Of a stretch of 64,000 nt of DNA, positions 1 through 9,612 are shown in pieces; positions within the stretch are counted from its first letter, which is position 1; every line of letters begins with the position of its first letter. Source of the stretch: an uncultured Acidobacteriota bacterium (GTDB lineage Bacteria > Acidobacteriota > Thermoanaerobaculia > UBA5066 > Gp7-AA6); NCBI GenBank assembly GCA_963742245.1, contig CAVULG010000007.1, positions 572,406 to 636,405 of the forward strand. The letters are read 5' to 3'. The notes under the pieces are model-generated. The model was not told the origin of the DNA and did no database searches. It was given only the letters and a program-made list of their open reading frames with translations. A program made the translations under genes and the position numbers.

Positions 1-25
1 CAGATAGTGTCTCCATGGAGACGCT

Positions 26-682
26 ATGACATTCCGATTTGGAACGTTCATTCTCGACACCGACTGCCGGGCGCTGACGCGCGACGGACGCAACGTCGCG
101 ATCTCGCCGAAAGCCTTCAAGCTGCTCCAGGTCCTGCTCGAGGGGCGGCCGCGGGCGATTCCGAAGGCGGAGCTGCACCAGAAGCTCTGGCCCGACACCA
201 TCGTCTCGGAGGTCAACCTCCCGACGCTCATCGCGGAAATCCGGCAGGCGACGGGCGACGACGCGCGGGCTCCCGAGTTCATCCGGACGGTCTATGGCTA
301 TGGCTACGCCTTCTCGGGCAATGCCGTGACGCTGCGCAAGGAGGGCGACCGCTCCGCCCACGGGGACCAGGTCTTCCGGTTGCTCTGGGGACAGCGCGAG
401 GTGGCGCTCGGGGACGGGGAGAACATCCTGGGTCGGGGCAACGACTCCCTCGTCTGGATCGATTCGAAGAGCGTCTCGCGCCGGCACGCGCGCGTCCACA
501 TCGACATGGGCCTGGCGACGCTCGAGGACCTGGGCTCGAAGAACGGCACGTTCGTCAACGGCATCCGCCTGGCACAGCCGATTGCCCTGCGCGACGGGGA
601 CGAGCTGCGCATCGGCACGGTGCCGATGACCATGAAAATCGCGGCCAAGCCGCACACGAGCGAAACCGCCACCGGCTACTGA
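26..682 (+). CDS. Transcriptional regulator: N-terminal OmpR/PhoB-type winged-helix DNA-binding domain fused to C-terminal FHA domain (no receiver domain)
   Basis: ORF 26..682; N-term FGTFILD...RNVAISPKAFKLLQVLLEGRPRAIPKAELHQKLWPD...LIAEIR matches trans_reg_C pattern; C-term ILGRGNDSLVWIDSKSVSRRHARV...GSKNGTFVNG matches FHA core. Confidence 0.75.
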   Translation: MTFRFGTFILDTDCRALTRDGRNVAISPKAFKLLQVLLEGRPRAIPKAELHQKLWPDTIVSEVNLPTLIAEIRQATGDDARAPEFIRTVYGYGYAFSGNAVTLRKEGDRSAHGDQVFRLLWGQREVALGDGENILGRGNDSLVWIDSKSVSRRHARVHIDMGLATLEDLGSKNGTFVNGIRLAQPIALRDGDELRIGTVPMTMKIAAKPHTSETATGY

Positions 683-2043
683 GGTTCGCGGCGGGCGTTC
701 TCCTCCTGCTCGCGGTGGCGCTGCCCGGCGCGCACGCGCAGGCGTCCGAATCGGCCGCAGACGCCACCAGCCCCACCCTCCCCGACGCCGAAGAGGCGGC
801 GGAGTTCGCCCGCCGGGCCGCTTCCGCCGCCCTTCACGGACCGCAGAAGATCTTCTCCGAATCGATCGATGCGCACAGCATCCTCCGCCGTCTGCTCTCG
901 GCGCCCGTCTGGGGAGAGCTGACCGAGCGGCAGAAAGCGCTGCTCGCGGCCACGGTGCGGGACCACTTCGCGCGCACGCTCGCTCCCCCGCGCGGCACTC
1001 CGGCCGAAGTCGCCTGGGCGGCGCTGCCGCCGGAGCCGTCGAGCGGGCCGCTGGTCGTGGATCTGGGGCTGCGGTACGGAACCCGCATTTTGAAGACGCG
1101 CTGGATCGTCCGAAAGGGCCCCCGGGGCTGGGCGGTCGAAGACGTCGTCCTCGCGGACCCCGGCATTTCGCTCGCCGAGGAGGTCGGCCGCCTCCTCGGG
1201 CCCGAGCCGGCGCGCCGCCGGGAAGGGGCGCGCGAGATCCGCGCGCGCGCCTGGCCGCGACTCGCGGGTCTCGCCGCGATCGCCGCGCTCGTGCTCGTCG
1301 TTCGCCCCCGTCTCCCGACAGAGCGTCGGAGCTTCCTCTGGCTGGCGTGTGTTCCCGCGGCGCTCTTCGCCGTCGACGGCATCCTGGCGGTCCGCCGATC
1401 GCTCTCGGAGCCCTACGCGCTCTCCGACCCACCGCCCCAGCCCTGGCGCCGCTTCGAAGAGGCCGCGCTCGATGCCCAGCGCGTGGGCGACTGGCCCTCC
1501 GCGCGCGAGAGCTGGGGACGCGCGCTGGAGTCGGGAGCGCCCCGGGCCCAGGTCGCCTACCAGATGGGGCTCGCGGCCCGGTCGGGAGGCGAGCCGGCGC
1601 TCGCCCGCGCCGACTTCGACCGCGCCCTCGCGGAACCGCCGCCGGCGCCGGGCGCCGCGAAGGAGCTCGCCGCGCTTTCTCTCGCCGAGGGCCGCAATCC
1701 CGAGGCCCGGGACCTTCTCGAGCGTTACCTGCGCGAGGCCGGGCCGGATCCCGAATCCCTGGCCACGCTCGCCGTCGTCGATGCCAACCTGGGCGACAGC
1801 GCGGCGGCCGTCGCCGCCATCCGCGAGGCGCGCGCGCTTCTTCCGGAGGGATGGCGGCGCGCGGAGCTCGAGGCCCAGATCTTCGCCCGCGCTGGCGATG
1901 CGCCGGCGGCCGTCGCCGCGCTTCGCACGCTCGGCGCCGAAGGGCGGATCGATCGCCAGGCGCTCCGGGCCGACCCGGCCTACGTCGCGATCGCCGCGGA
2001 TCCGGTCTGGGTGGCGTTCCTCGGAGAAGAAGAAGGCAACTAG
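679..2043 (+). CDS. Secreted MlaC-like (phospholipid-binding, Tgt2/MlaC family) domain + TPR repeat protein; start uncertain (only in-frame candidate is CTG at 679 overlapping upstream stop)
   Basis: Frame of ORF 7..2043 after the FHA gene stop; signal-peptide-like RFAAGVLLLLAVALPGAHA-QAS; WIVRKGPRGWAVEDVVLADPGISLAEEVGRLL resembles MlaC C-terminal motif; C-terminal half TPR-like. Confidence 0.5.
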   Translation: MRFAAGVLLLLAVALPGAHAQASESAADATSPTLPDAEEAAEFARRAASAALHGPQKIFSESIDAHSILRRLLSAPVWGELTERQKALLAATVRDHFARTLAPPRGTPAEVAWAALPPEPSSGPLVVDLGLRYGTRILKTRWIVRKGPRGWAVEDVVLADPGISLAEEVGRLLGPEPARRREGAREIRARAWPRLAGLAAIAALVLVVRPRLPTERRSFLWLACVPAALFAVDGILAVRRSLSEPYALSDPPPQPWRRFEEAALDAQRVGDWPSARESWGRALESGAPRAQVAYQMGLAARSGGEPALARADFDRALAEPPPAPGAAKELAALSLAEGRNPEARDLLERYLREAGPDPESLATLAVVDANLGDSAAAVAAIREARALLPEGWRRAELEAQIFARAGDAPAAVAALRTLGAEGRIDRQALRADPAYVAIAADPVWVAFLGEEEGN

Positions 2044-3245
2044 AGCGCCGCCCAGTCTCTCCAGCTCTCGAGGATCTCCGCCTCCCCCATCCCCGCTTCC
2101 GCACGAAGGGCCTCCTCCATCGCCGACCCCTCTTTCAGGCGCGCGACGATGCAGGTGAGCGCTCCCTCGCCCCGGAGGCGAACCAGGTGCTCGACGAGCG
2201 ACAACGCCTGGGCGTAGGCGGCGCGCGCCGTGCGGCGGTCGAGGGTGCCCCTCAGGCTCGCCTCGAGCTCCGCCACGGAGCCCTGCGGTGCTCCTCCGAG
2301 CGCGGCCGCGAGGTCTCGGTGCGGCATGCGGCGGCCCTCGCTCCACTGGGCGAATCCCTCGTGGAGCCAGGCCGGCGCGCGGTCCCCCGAGGCGTGGCGC
2401 AGCATCGCGTGCCCGAGCTCGTGCGCGAGAATGCGAGAGGACGCGAGGTCGTCCTCACCGCCGGGCGCGACGGCGACGCGGATCTTCCCGTCGTAGACCC
2501 CGGACCCCCAATCCGGCACCGAGACCAGCGAAAAGTAGGAGCGCCCGGCGTAGATCACGACGATCTGCGGTTGCTCCAGCGAGTTCGCGAGGCTCTCCGC
2601 AAGCGCTCCGTAGGAGACTTCGAGCTCCACCCCCGCCCGGCTCAGCACCGCCTGCGGCACGGCAGGGTCGGCGAAGAGCACAAAGTGATCGGTCGCGAGA
2701 GATCTTTGACCCCGGCTCACCGCCAGCTCGTCCCTCACCTTCGCGAGGCGCGCGAGCATCGCGGGATCCTGGCCGGAGAGCCTCGCGGCTTCGCTCCACG
2801 CCGCCGCGGCGTCTTCGAGCCGGTGCGCTTCGTAACAGGCGTCGCCCAGGCTGCGATAGAGGTCCGGTGGCGCCTCGCGCGCACGGGCTCCCGCGCGCGA
2901 GAGGTAGAAGCGGGCGGCGGCGAAGTCCTCCGCGCGCACGAAGGCGAGCGTCAGCTGCCCGAGCACGAGACCGTTCTGCTCGTCCAGAACGTGGGCCTCG
3001 CCCAGAAGCTCGATCGCGGGCCCGATCGCGCCCTCGGCGAGCAAAGTCGCACCCATGTCGCCCATCTCGCCGGCGAGCGCCCGAGATTCTCGAGAACCCG
3101 GCGCCGTCTGCGCGGACCGCGCGAGCAGCGCGGCGATCTCGGCCTCACGGTCGCCGGCGTGCGTGGCTGCGGCGAGCAGGGCCGCCGCGGCGACCGCTGC
3201 GGTCCATCGCCAGGCCGGACCCGCTTCGAACACCCGTTCCCTCAA
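2040..3245 (-). CDS. Secreted TPR-containing zinc metallopeptidase-like protein (HExxH, peptidase MA-like)
   Basis: ORF 2040..3245; N-terminal hydrophobic leader, TPR-like N-half, LAHELGHAML followed by HEGFAQW (HExxH...E). Confidence 0.6.
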   Translation of the reverse strand: MRERVFEAGPAWRWTAAVAAAALLAAATHAGDREAEIAALLARSAQTAPGSRESRALAGEMGDMGATLLAEGAIGPAIELLGEAHVLDEQNGLVLGQLTLAFVRAEDFAAARFYLSRAGARAREAPPDLYRSLGDACYEAHRLEDAAAAWSEAARLSGQDPAMLARLAKVRDELAVSRGQRSLATDHFVLFADPAVPQAVLSRAGVELEVSYGALAESLANSLEQPQIVVIYAGRSYFSLVSVPDWGSGVYDGKIRVAVAPGGEDDLASSRILAHELGHAMLRHASGDRAPAWLHEGFAQWSEGRRMPHRDLAAALGGAPQGSVAELEASLRGTLDRRTARAAYAQALSLVEHLVRLRGEGALTCIVARLKEGSAMEEALRAEAGMGEAEILESWRDWAAL

Positions 3246-5404
3246 GGAATGACGAACGACGCCGAGCTCTGCCGCGCCAGCCCGGCCGCCGTGGCCTCGA
3301 CCAGGATGCGAAGTCCGTACCGGCCCGGAGGCAAGTCAGGCGCCGTGAACGACAGCAGGAAGACGCGCCTGCCGTCCGCATCCGGCGCCACCTTGCCCAG
3401 GAGAGTCAGGGTCCCGGCCGAAAGGTAACGGCCGTCCGCGCCGAGCACCTGTCCCGCGATCTTGTACGTGTCCACCTCGGCTCCGAGGTGGTACGACACC
3501 ACGCACAGGCGCGCCGAGCCTCCCGGCACGATGCGCGGAGCGGCCGCCGGCACGTACCGTTCTCCGGCGAGGCCCCCGAACGGCGCCGGCCTCCCGCCGG
3601 GGTTGCCCGCGTCGGCGTCGTCCCGGCCCCGGAGGGTCGCCCAGTCCGGGGACACGGAGTCGAGGAAGATCGGCGGGAGCAGGTAGGGCGCGTCCGGGGT
3701 GAAAGCCGGAACGCGCACCGAGGTGACGGCGAGGCCGGCCCGTCCGGTGTTTGCGTTGCGGACCAGAGTGCGGAGGCGGAAGTCTCCCGGCGGCAGCCGC
3801 AGTTGCCCGAAGTATCGGAGACCGCCCGCTTCAAGCGTGTCGCGGCCGCGCACCACATCGAGAGCGATCGACTGCGCGAAATAGTCGCCCAGGCGGTCGG
3901 TACCGTCGAACGCGTAGGCGAATATCTCGATCGCCGTGTGGTCTCCCTTCTCGTCCGCCAGGAAGGGGCCGCCCGGCACCTCTACGAGAACCGAGATGAG
4001 CGCGGGATCGCCCGCCGCGGACGCCGGAAACGGCGCTGCCAGAACCCGCGCCGGCACGTCGCCGGCCGGTATTTCGTTGACGATGATGTCGGCGGCGGAG
4101 AGGGCCCGCTCGAGAGCCGTGCGCTGGCGGAAGTCGCGTCTCTCGAAGTAGCCCACGCGCGCGACGGCACGCGCGCCGGGGGCCGAGACCTTCACCTTAA
4201 GGGCGTGGTATTTGCCCTCACCCTCGGTGCGGTCCGGCCGGAAGGCCAGGACGTACACGAGGCTGGTGCGGCGGGTCAGCGCGGCCAGCTGCGGGCCGAA
4301 GTCGTTCGCGTTGCGGAGGGATTCGCCTCCCGTGTGCTCGGCCAGCTCGAAGAGCGCATTTTGCGTGAAGCGCGGGTAAGGCGAGCCGGAGTCGGCGACG
4401 CCTTCGGCATCGGCCTTCGTCGCGATGCCGGCGATGTCGACGGTGTGAATCAGGCAGTCGGTTCGACGGAGATGATCCGCCATTTCGGCGAGATCGTTGC
4501 GCAGCGCCACGTTGCCGAATCGCTTATCCGCGTCGACCTTCCAGGCGTCGCCCTGCAGCAGCCACGTTTGTTCCTCGGCGGTGTCGAGCGTGCCGACGAG
4601 AAAGCGGCTGTGAAAACCCTCGGACAGAAAGATGATCTCCTTGCGCCCTTCGACCGCGTTGAGCGTCCGCGCGAGCTCCCGCAGGGACTGGAGGAGCGCG
4701 CGGACCCGCCCGCGCTCGTAATCGTCGTCGCGCGCCTGCCTGAGGGACGACACCGTCCGGAGCCAGTCGTTGAGGAACGCTTGCCCTTCGCGCGGACCAC
4801 CGGGTCCCGCGCGCGCCTCGTCGCGGTTGCCCGTGCCGCCCGCATCGCCGCTTGCGGGGACGCGGCGCACGGTGTCGTAGGCGAACTGGAGCGGATCGCG
4901 ATGCTTGCGCCCGGGCTCCACGCCGAGCAGGTCGATCGCCCGCGCGAGCTCGGCCCGGTCGCCGGAGAACGTCAGGAGCAGGCGGACTCCGCGCTCGACC
5001 GAGTGCGTCGCAACCGCAGCGAGGTCGCCATCCTGCATGGCTTCCAGGACGAAGGTCCGCGCCGCGCGGCGCGCGGCGACGATCGTCGTCGGTCGCGCGA
5101 ACGAAAAGTCGAACAGGAGCAAGAAACGCCGGCGGGCCGCCGGCGCGACCAGCGTCCCTCGCCCGGGTTCCGCCGGCTCCCCGAGGTCGATCGCGTCGAA
5201 TCCCAGGATGGTCTGAGGGCGGCCCTGGTCGGTGAGGGTGAAGTCGTCGCGCGTCAGACCTCGGACGGGCTGGCCAGCCCGGTCGAGAACGCGGACGGGA
5301 ACTTCGACGAGCGAGACGTCGACACTCTCGCGGACGGCGCCGGGCTCCTGCGCGGTGCCTCCCGAGGCAGCCAGCGCGATGGCCAGCCCGAGCCTCAGCC
5401 TCAT
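3242..5404 (-). CDS. VWA domain protein (vWFA-related Acidobacterial-type), secreted
   Basis: ORF 3242..5404; signal peptide MRLRLGLAIALAASGGTAQE; N-terminal VDVSLVEVPVRVLDRAGQPVRGLTRDDFTLTDQGRPQ characteristic of the Acidobacterial VWFA-related family; 4-nt overlap with the downstream gene. Confidence 0.7.
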   Translation of the reverse strand: MRLRLGLAIALAASGGTAQEPGAVRESVDVSLVEVPVRVLDRAGQPVRGLTRDDFTLTDQGRPQTILGFDAIDLGEPAEPGRGTLVAPAARRRFLLLFDFSFARPTTIVAARRAARTFVLEAMQDGDLAAVATHSVERGVRLLLTFSGDRAELARAIDLLGVEPGRKHRDPLQFAYDTVRRVPASGDAGGTGNRDEARAGPGGPREGQAFLNDWLRTVSSLRQARDDDYERGRVRALLQSLRELARTLNAVEGRKEIIFLSEGFHSRFLVGTLDTAEEQTWLLQGDAWKVDADKRFGNVALRNDLAEMADHLRRTDCLIHTVDIAGIATKADAEGVADSGSPYPRFTQNALFELAEHTGGESLRNANDFGPQLAALTRRTSLVYVLAFRPDRTEGEGKYHALKVKVSAPGARAVARVGYFERRDFRQRTALERALSAADIIVNEIPAGDVPARVLAAPFPASAAGDPALISVLVEVPGGPFLADEKGDHTAIEIFAYAFDGTDRLGDYFAQSIALDVVRGRDTLEAGGLRYFGQLRLPPGDFRLRTLVRNANTGRAGLAVTSVRVPAFTPDAPYLLPPIFLDSVSPDWATLRGRDDADAGNPGGRPAPFGGLAGERYVPAAAPRIVPGGSARLCVVSYHLGAEVDTYKIAGQVLGADGRYLSAGTLTLLGKVAPDADGRRVFLLSFTAPDLPPGRYGLRILVEATAAGLARQSSASFVIP

Positions 5405-5428
5405 CGGGGATCCTCCCGGACGAGCGTT

Positions 5429-6397
5429 CTAGCGAATCGTCTTCAAAAGATCCTTGATGTCCGTCGCATCGGGACCGTCAGGCTCGAGCTCCAGGGCTTT
5501 CTGGAAGTCGGCCTTGGCCTCCGCGTTCTTCTTCTCCTGGAGCCGTGTCAACCCCCGGTAGTAGTACGCCGAGGCGTCCGGCTTGACGGCGATCGCCCTG
5601 TCGAAGGCGCCCTCCGCCTTGGCGAGCTGCTTCTTGTTGTACAGCAGGATCCCGGCGTTCATGTAGAGAACGGAATCGACGATCTTTTCCGGCGGGATCT
5701 TGTCGAGGGCGGCGAGCCCGGCCTCGGCGTTACCCTTCTCGATTTCCAGTTCCGCGATGATCTGCCAGGGCCCCGAGTCCTGCGGCGCCTTTTCCGAGGC
5801 CAGGCGCGCATAGCGCAGGGCCTCGTCCTTGTTGCCTTCGGCGAGGTACGCGACGGCTACCCGCTGGAGCAGCGGGGAGTTGTCCGGCAGCTCGGCGACG
5901 GCCTGGACGTAGCTCGCGCGGGCGGTCGCCCAGTCCTTGGCAGCCATCGCGGCGTTGCCGGCTTCGATCGCCTGGGCAGTCTCCGGAGAGATTTGCTTGC
6001 CGCCCACCAGAATCTGCGGAGCCGGAGTCGGGCCGGCCGGGGCGGCGGCCTGCGGCGCGGCCTCGAGGACCGTCTGGACGGTTTCGTTGCGGCCGCCTTC
6101 CAGGAGCGGGACCTGTATCTGCCGGGTCCGATAGCCCGGCGCTTCGAAGTCGATGTCCCAGGGCCCGCCCGCGATACCGAAGAGAGCCCACTTCCCGCCC
6201 TTGTCCGTGGTCACGTCCGTGCCCCCGCGGCCGCTCTTGCCCCAACGCAGCTTGACCGTGCAGCCGGCGACGGGCTCGCCCTTCTCGTTCTTGACGACTC
6301 CGTCTACGCGGCCCCTGCCGCGCCACTCTTGAGCCGCCGCCGTGGAGGCGACGAGCACGGCCCCGAGAACGGCCGCGACGATCGAGCGAGAGCGCAT
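5429..6397 (-). CDS. Secreted carboxypeptidase-regulatory-like (CarbopepD_reg) domain + TPR repeat protein
   Basis: Internal start MRSRSIVAAVLGAVLVASTAAAQ (ATG 6395-6397) preceded by GGAGGAA SD; VKNEKGEPVAGCTVKL motif; C-terminal TPR repeats. Confidence 0.65.
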   Translation of the reverse strand: MRSRSIVAAVLGAVLVASTAAAQEWRGRGRVDGVVKNEKGEPVAGCTVKLRWGKSGRGGTDVTTDKGGKWALFGIAGGPWDIDFEAPGYRTRQIQVPLLEGGRNETVQTVLEAAPQAAAPAGPTPAPQILVGGKQISPETAQAIEAGNAAMAAKDWATARASYVQAVAELPDNSPLLQRVAVAYLAEGNKDEALRYARLASEKAPQDSGPWQIIAELEIEKGNAEAGLAALDKIPPEKIVDSVLYMNAGILLYNKKQLAKAEGAFDRAIAVKPDASAYYYRGLTRLQEKKNAEAKADFQKALELEPDGPDATDIKDLLKTIR

Positions 6398-6435
6398 GCG
6401 GTTCCTCCGGGAAGGAAGTATATGAGCGGTGGCCC

Positions 6436-8187
6436 TCAGCGCGTGCCGGCTGCTGCGCCGCCGCGACGCGCCTTCTCGGCGCCCTGCCCGCCGTAGAAGT
6501 CGACGAGGGCGTCCGCGATCGCCTCGGCGACCTTCTCCCGGTAGGCCCGCGTCCGCAGGAGGCGGCGGTCGTCCGGGTTGTTGAGATTGCAGACCTCGAC
6601 GAGAACGCGCGCGGGGATCCGGTTGTAGCGGAGGATCGCCGGCACCCATTCCCGCCCGCCCCGGATCACGTTGCGGCGCACCGGCTGAAAGGGATGCAGC
6701 GGCAGCCCGGCCTCGCGGAACGAGGCCACCAGCCGGTCGGCGAGGTCGCGCGACACGCCCTCGGCCGCGATCCGCTCGCGCCGCGAGAAGGACACCCGCG
6801 GGGCCTCCCGGACCTCGCGGCGCGAAGCATAGGGCTCGCCGGATTTTCCGAAGGTGCCGTTCAGAAACTTCTCGCCGGGCACGTAGACCATCGTGCCGCG
6901 CACGGCGGGGTGGAGCGAGTCGGCGTGGAGCGAGATGAAGACCGTGCGCGCCTCTTCTCCCCCGTTCTTGTCGACGTTTTTCAGAACCGAGTTGGCGAGA
7001 TACCAGCGGAAGTTGACGCCGACCGCCGCGTCCTCGATCGGGTACGGCGGCGTCGTCAGGACGCGGGCGCTCCGCGACTCGCCGACTGCGTCCGACCGGG
7101 TCGGGGCGCAGGGGGCGTCCCGGCCGACCGTCGGAACCACGCGGGCCCGCGTCTTCGCCCGCACGATCCGCTCCACGCGGCAGGCGATGTCGTAGACGTA
7201 AGCCGCCTCCTGCATCCCCTCGACGATCGCGCCGGTGTCGCGTCCGCCGTGGCCGGCGTCGAGCACGAGGGTGACACCCGAGAGGTCCGCGGACTTCACG
7301 GTGTTGGCGAACTGGGACGCTTCGAGTCGGGCGTTCTGCTCTTCGATGCGGGTCGGATCGTCCGGAGGCCGGAACTCGGGAGCGAGGTCGGCGATCGGGA
7401 TCTTGATCGGAAACCCCACGGGAATCGCGTGCACGTCGGCGACGTCGCTGCGCGCCGCGATCTCCTTAGCCTTGGCGTTGACGTCCTCGGCATGGACGCG
7501 TCCCGTGAAACGGACGACGACCGCGGAATACAGGGCCTCCCCTTTCTGCAGCCGATACACGGCGTGGGGACCCCGCGCGTCGGAGGCAAACTCGAGCGGG
7601 GGCGGCGACTCCGGCTGCGGGACGGCGGCCGCGACCGCCTCGGCGAATGCGGGCGTCAGGATCTTTGCGGGCACGAGCACCACCTGCCCGGGCTGCGTCT
7701 CGAGCGACGTGATCGCCCGCGCCTCGCGGAGCTGCCGGTACGCCGTGCCGTCGCCGGTGAACCACTCGGCGATGCGCCACAGGCTCTCGGGCTTTCCGGC
7801 GAGGGCGGCCACCGTGTGCTCCCACCCGGCCGGGGTCGCGCGGTCGCCGGGAAACAGCGCTTCGATCGCGAGCTTGCGGAAGCCCTGCGAGAGCAACCGG
7901 TAGGGCACGCGGACGTACTTGTCGGCGCGCAGCCGGCGCACGCCTTCGTTGCCGAGCACGATCTCCTTCTTCGTCTTCGGGTCCTCCGTCAGCCTCTGGA
8001 CGAAGGCGTCGAGACCCTCCCCCGGCAGCGGCCGCGCCGCCAGCGTGATCTCGTCGCCGTCGGCGATCGTCACGCGGATCTCGGGCGAGACGACGACCGT
8101 CTTCTCCCGCGCCAGCGCCGCGGCGGGGACGGCGGCCGCGAGGAGGGCCGCCCGAAGCGCCCTAGCGCGCCGCGGAAGGAAGCGCAT
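6436..8187 (-). CDS. N-acetylmuramoyl-L-alanine amidase (Amidase_3 family) with N-terminal extension
   Basis: ORF 6436..8187; signal peptide; VTLVLDAGHGGRDTGA...FISLHADS amidase_3 catalytic motifs. Confidence 0.7.
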   Translation of the reverse strand: MRFLPRRARALRAALLAAAVPAAALAREKTVVVSPEIRVTIADGDEITLAARPLPGEGLDAFVQRLTEDPKTKKEIVLGNEGVRRLRADKYVRVPYRLLSQGFRKLAIEALFPGDRATPAGWEHTVAALAGKPESLWRIAEWFTGDGTAYRQLREARAITSLETQPGQVVLVPAKILTPAFAEAVAAAVPQPESPPPLEFASDARGPHAVYRLQKGEALYSAVVVRFTGRVHAEDVNAKAKEIAARSDVADVHAIPVGFPIKIPIADLAPEFRPPDDPTRIEEQNARLEASQFANTVKSADLSGVTLVLDAGHGGRDTGAIVEGMQEAAYVYDIACRVERIVRAKTRARVVPTVGRDAPCAPTRSDAVGESRSARVLTTPPYPIEDAAVGVNFRWYLANSVLKNVDKNGGEEARTVFISLHADSLHPAVRGTMVYVPGEKFLNGTFGKSGEPYASRREVREAPRVSFSRRERIAAEGVSRDLADRLVASFREAGLPLHPFQPVRRNVIRGGREWVPAILRYNRIPARVLVEVCNLNNPDDRRLLRTRAYREKVAEAIADALVDFYGGQGAEKARRGGAAAGTR

Positions 8188-9610
8188 CCGGAAACCGGGC
8201 GCTCGCTTCGAAGGCGCGCGCCGCGGCGAACATCGCCTCCTCCCCGAAGCGCGGGGCGAGCACCTGGATCGCGAGCGGCAATCCCTCCCGCGTCAGGCCC
8301 GAGGGGACCGAGATGGCCGGGAGGCCGGCGAGCGACGCCGGAACGGTGAAGACGTCGGAGAGGTACATGGTCAGCGGGTCATCCGTCCTCTCGCCGAGCC
8401 GGAACGCCGGGCCCGGAATCGACGGGCAGACGATCACGTCGGCACGAGCGAACGCACGATCGAAGTCGTCGCAGAGAAGCTGGCGCGCCCGCGCGGCGAG
8501 ACCGTAGTACGCCTCGTAGTACCCCGACGCGAGCGCAAAGGTCCCGAGCAGGATCCGGCGCTTGACCTCCGGACCGAAGCCCGCCGTCCGGCTCTCGACG
8601 TAGAGCGCGGCGAGATCCTTGCCCTCGACCCGCGGCCCGTACCGCACGCCGTCGAAGCGCGCCAGGTTCGACGACGCTTCGGCGCTCGCGATGACGTAGT
8701 AGATGGCGATGGCGGCTTTGGCCCGCGGGACCGAGACCGAGACGACCTCGGCTCCCGCTTCACGGAAGATCCGCCGCGCGCGGTCCAGGTCCGCCGCGAC
8801 TTCGGGATCGAGCCCTTCCTCTTCGGCTTCCGCCAGAAACCCGACGCGCAAGCCCTCGACCCCCCGGCCAAGGGCCTCCTCGGGGGCGCCGACGGGGCAA
8901 TCCGCCGTCGTCGAATCGAGCGGGTCGAGGCCCGAGACGACCCGGTAGAGCCGCGCCGCGTCGGCGACGCTGCGGGTCAGCGGCCCGATCTGGTCGAGGG
9001 ACGAGGCGAAGGCGACGAGGCCGTAGCGCGAGACCCGGCCGTAGGTGGGCTTGAGACCCACGACGCCGCAACACGCGGCCGGCTGGCGGATCGATCCCCC
9101 CGTGTCCGAGCCGAAGCCCGCGGGCACGAAGCGCGCGGCCACGGCCGCGGCGCTGCCTCCGGAGGAGCCGCCCGGGATCCGGGAGAGGTCCCACGGGTTT
9201 CGGGTCGCGTGCGAGGAGCTGTTCTCCGTCGAGGACCCCATCGCGAACTCGTCCATGTTCGCGCGCCCGACGAAGACGGCGCCCGCCTGGCGCAGGCGGC
9301 CCGCGACCGTCGAATCGCCGGGCGGCGCGAACCCTTCCAGAATCCGGGACGCGCAGGTCGTTTTACGGCCGGCCACCCACATGTTGTCTTTCATCGCCAG
9401 CGGCACGCCGGCCAGGGGCAGGTCCTCGCCGGCGGCCACCCGGCGGTCCACTTCTTCGGCCTCGGCGAGGGCCTGCGAGGAGGTGACCTCGAGGAACGCG
9501 CGCACCCGCTCGTCCCCGTCCGCGATCGCCTGGAGGCTCTCGCGCGCCACGTCGACGGCCGATCGCCGGCGGGAGCTGACCTCCGCCGCGGTCTCGATGA
9601 CGCCGGACAT
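8162..9610 (-). CDS. gatA: Glutamyl-tRNA(Gln) amidotransferase subunit A
   Basis: Internal start MSGVIETAAEV (ATG 9608-9610) within ORF 8162..10027; amidase signature GGSSGGSAAAVAA...GSDTGGSIRQPA. Confidence 0.9.
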   Translation of the reverse strand: MSGVIETAAEVSSRRRSAVDVARESLQAIADGDERVRAFLEVTSSQALAEAEEVDRRVAAGEDLPLAGVPLAMKDNMWVAGRKTTCASRILEGFAPPGDSTVAGRLRQAGAVFVGRANMDEFAMGSSTENSSSHATRNPWDLSRIPGGSSGGSAAAVAARFVPAGFGSDTGGSIRQPAACCGVVGLKPTYGRVSRYGLVAFASSLDQIGPLTRSVADAARLYRVVSGLDPLDSTTADCPVGAPEEALGRGVEGLRVGFLAEAEEEGLDPEVAADLDRARRIFREAGAEVVSVSVPRAKAAIAIYYVIASAEASSNLARFDGVRYGPRVEGKDLAALYVESRTAGFGPEVKRRILLGTFALASGYYEAYYGLAARARQLLCDDFDRAFARADVIVCPSIPGPAFRLGERTDDPLTMYLSDVFTVPASLAGLPAISVPSGLTREGLPLAIQVLAPRFGEEAMFAAARAFEASARFPDALPSAAR

Positions 9611-9612
9611 GC

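Noticed and set aside
2288-6496. 1402-aa plus-strand ORF, and similar very long ORFs (676..2346 -, 10209..12683 -, 16032..17894 +, 37905..41699 +, 42069..45707 +, 31127..33187 +, 33348..35060 +)
   Set aside because: All run antisense to or out of frame with strongly supported genes, are Arg/Gly/Ala/Pro-rich low complexity, and are the expected stop-codon-poor frames of ~70% GC DNA.
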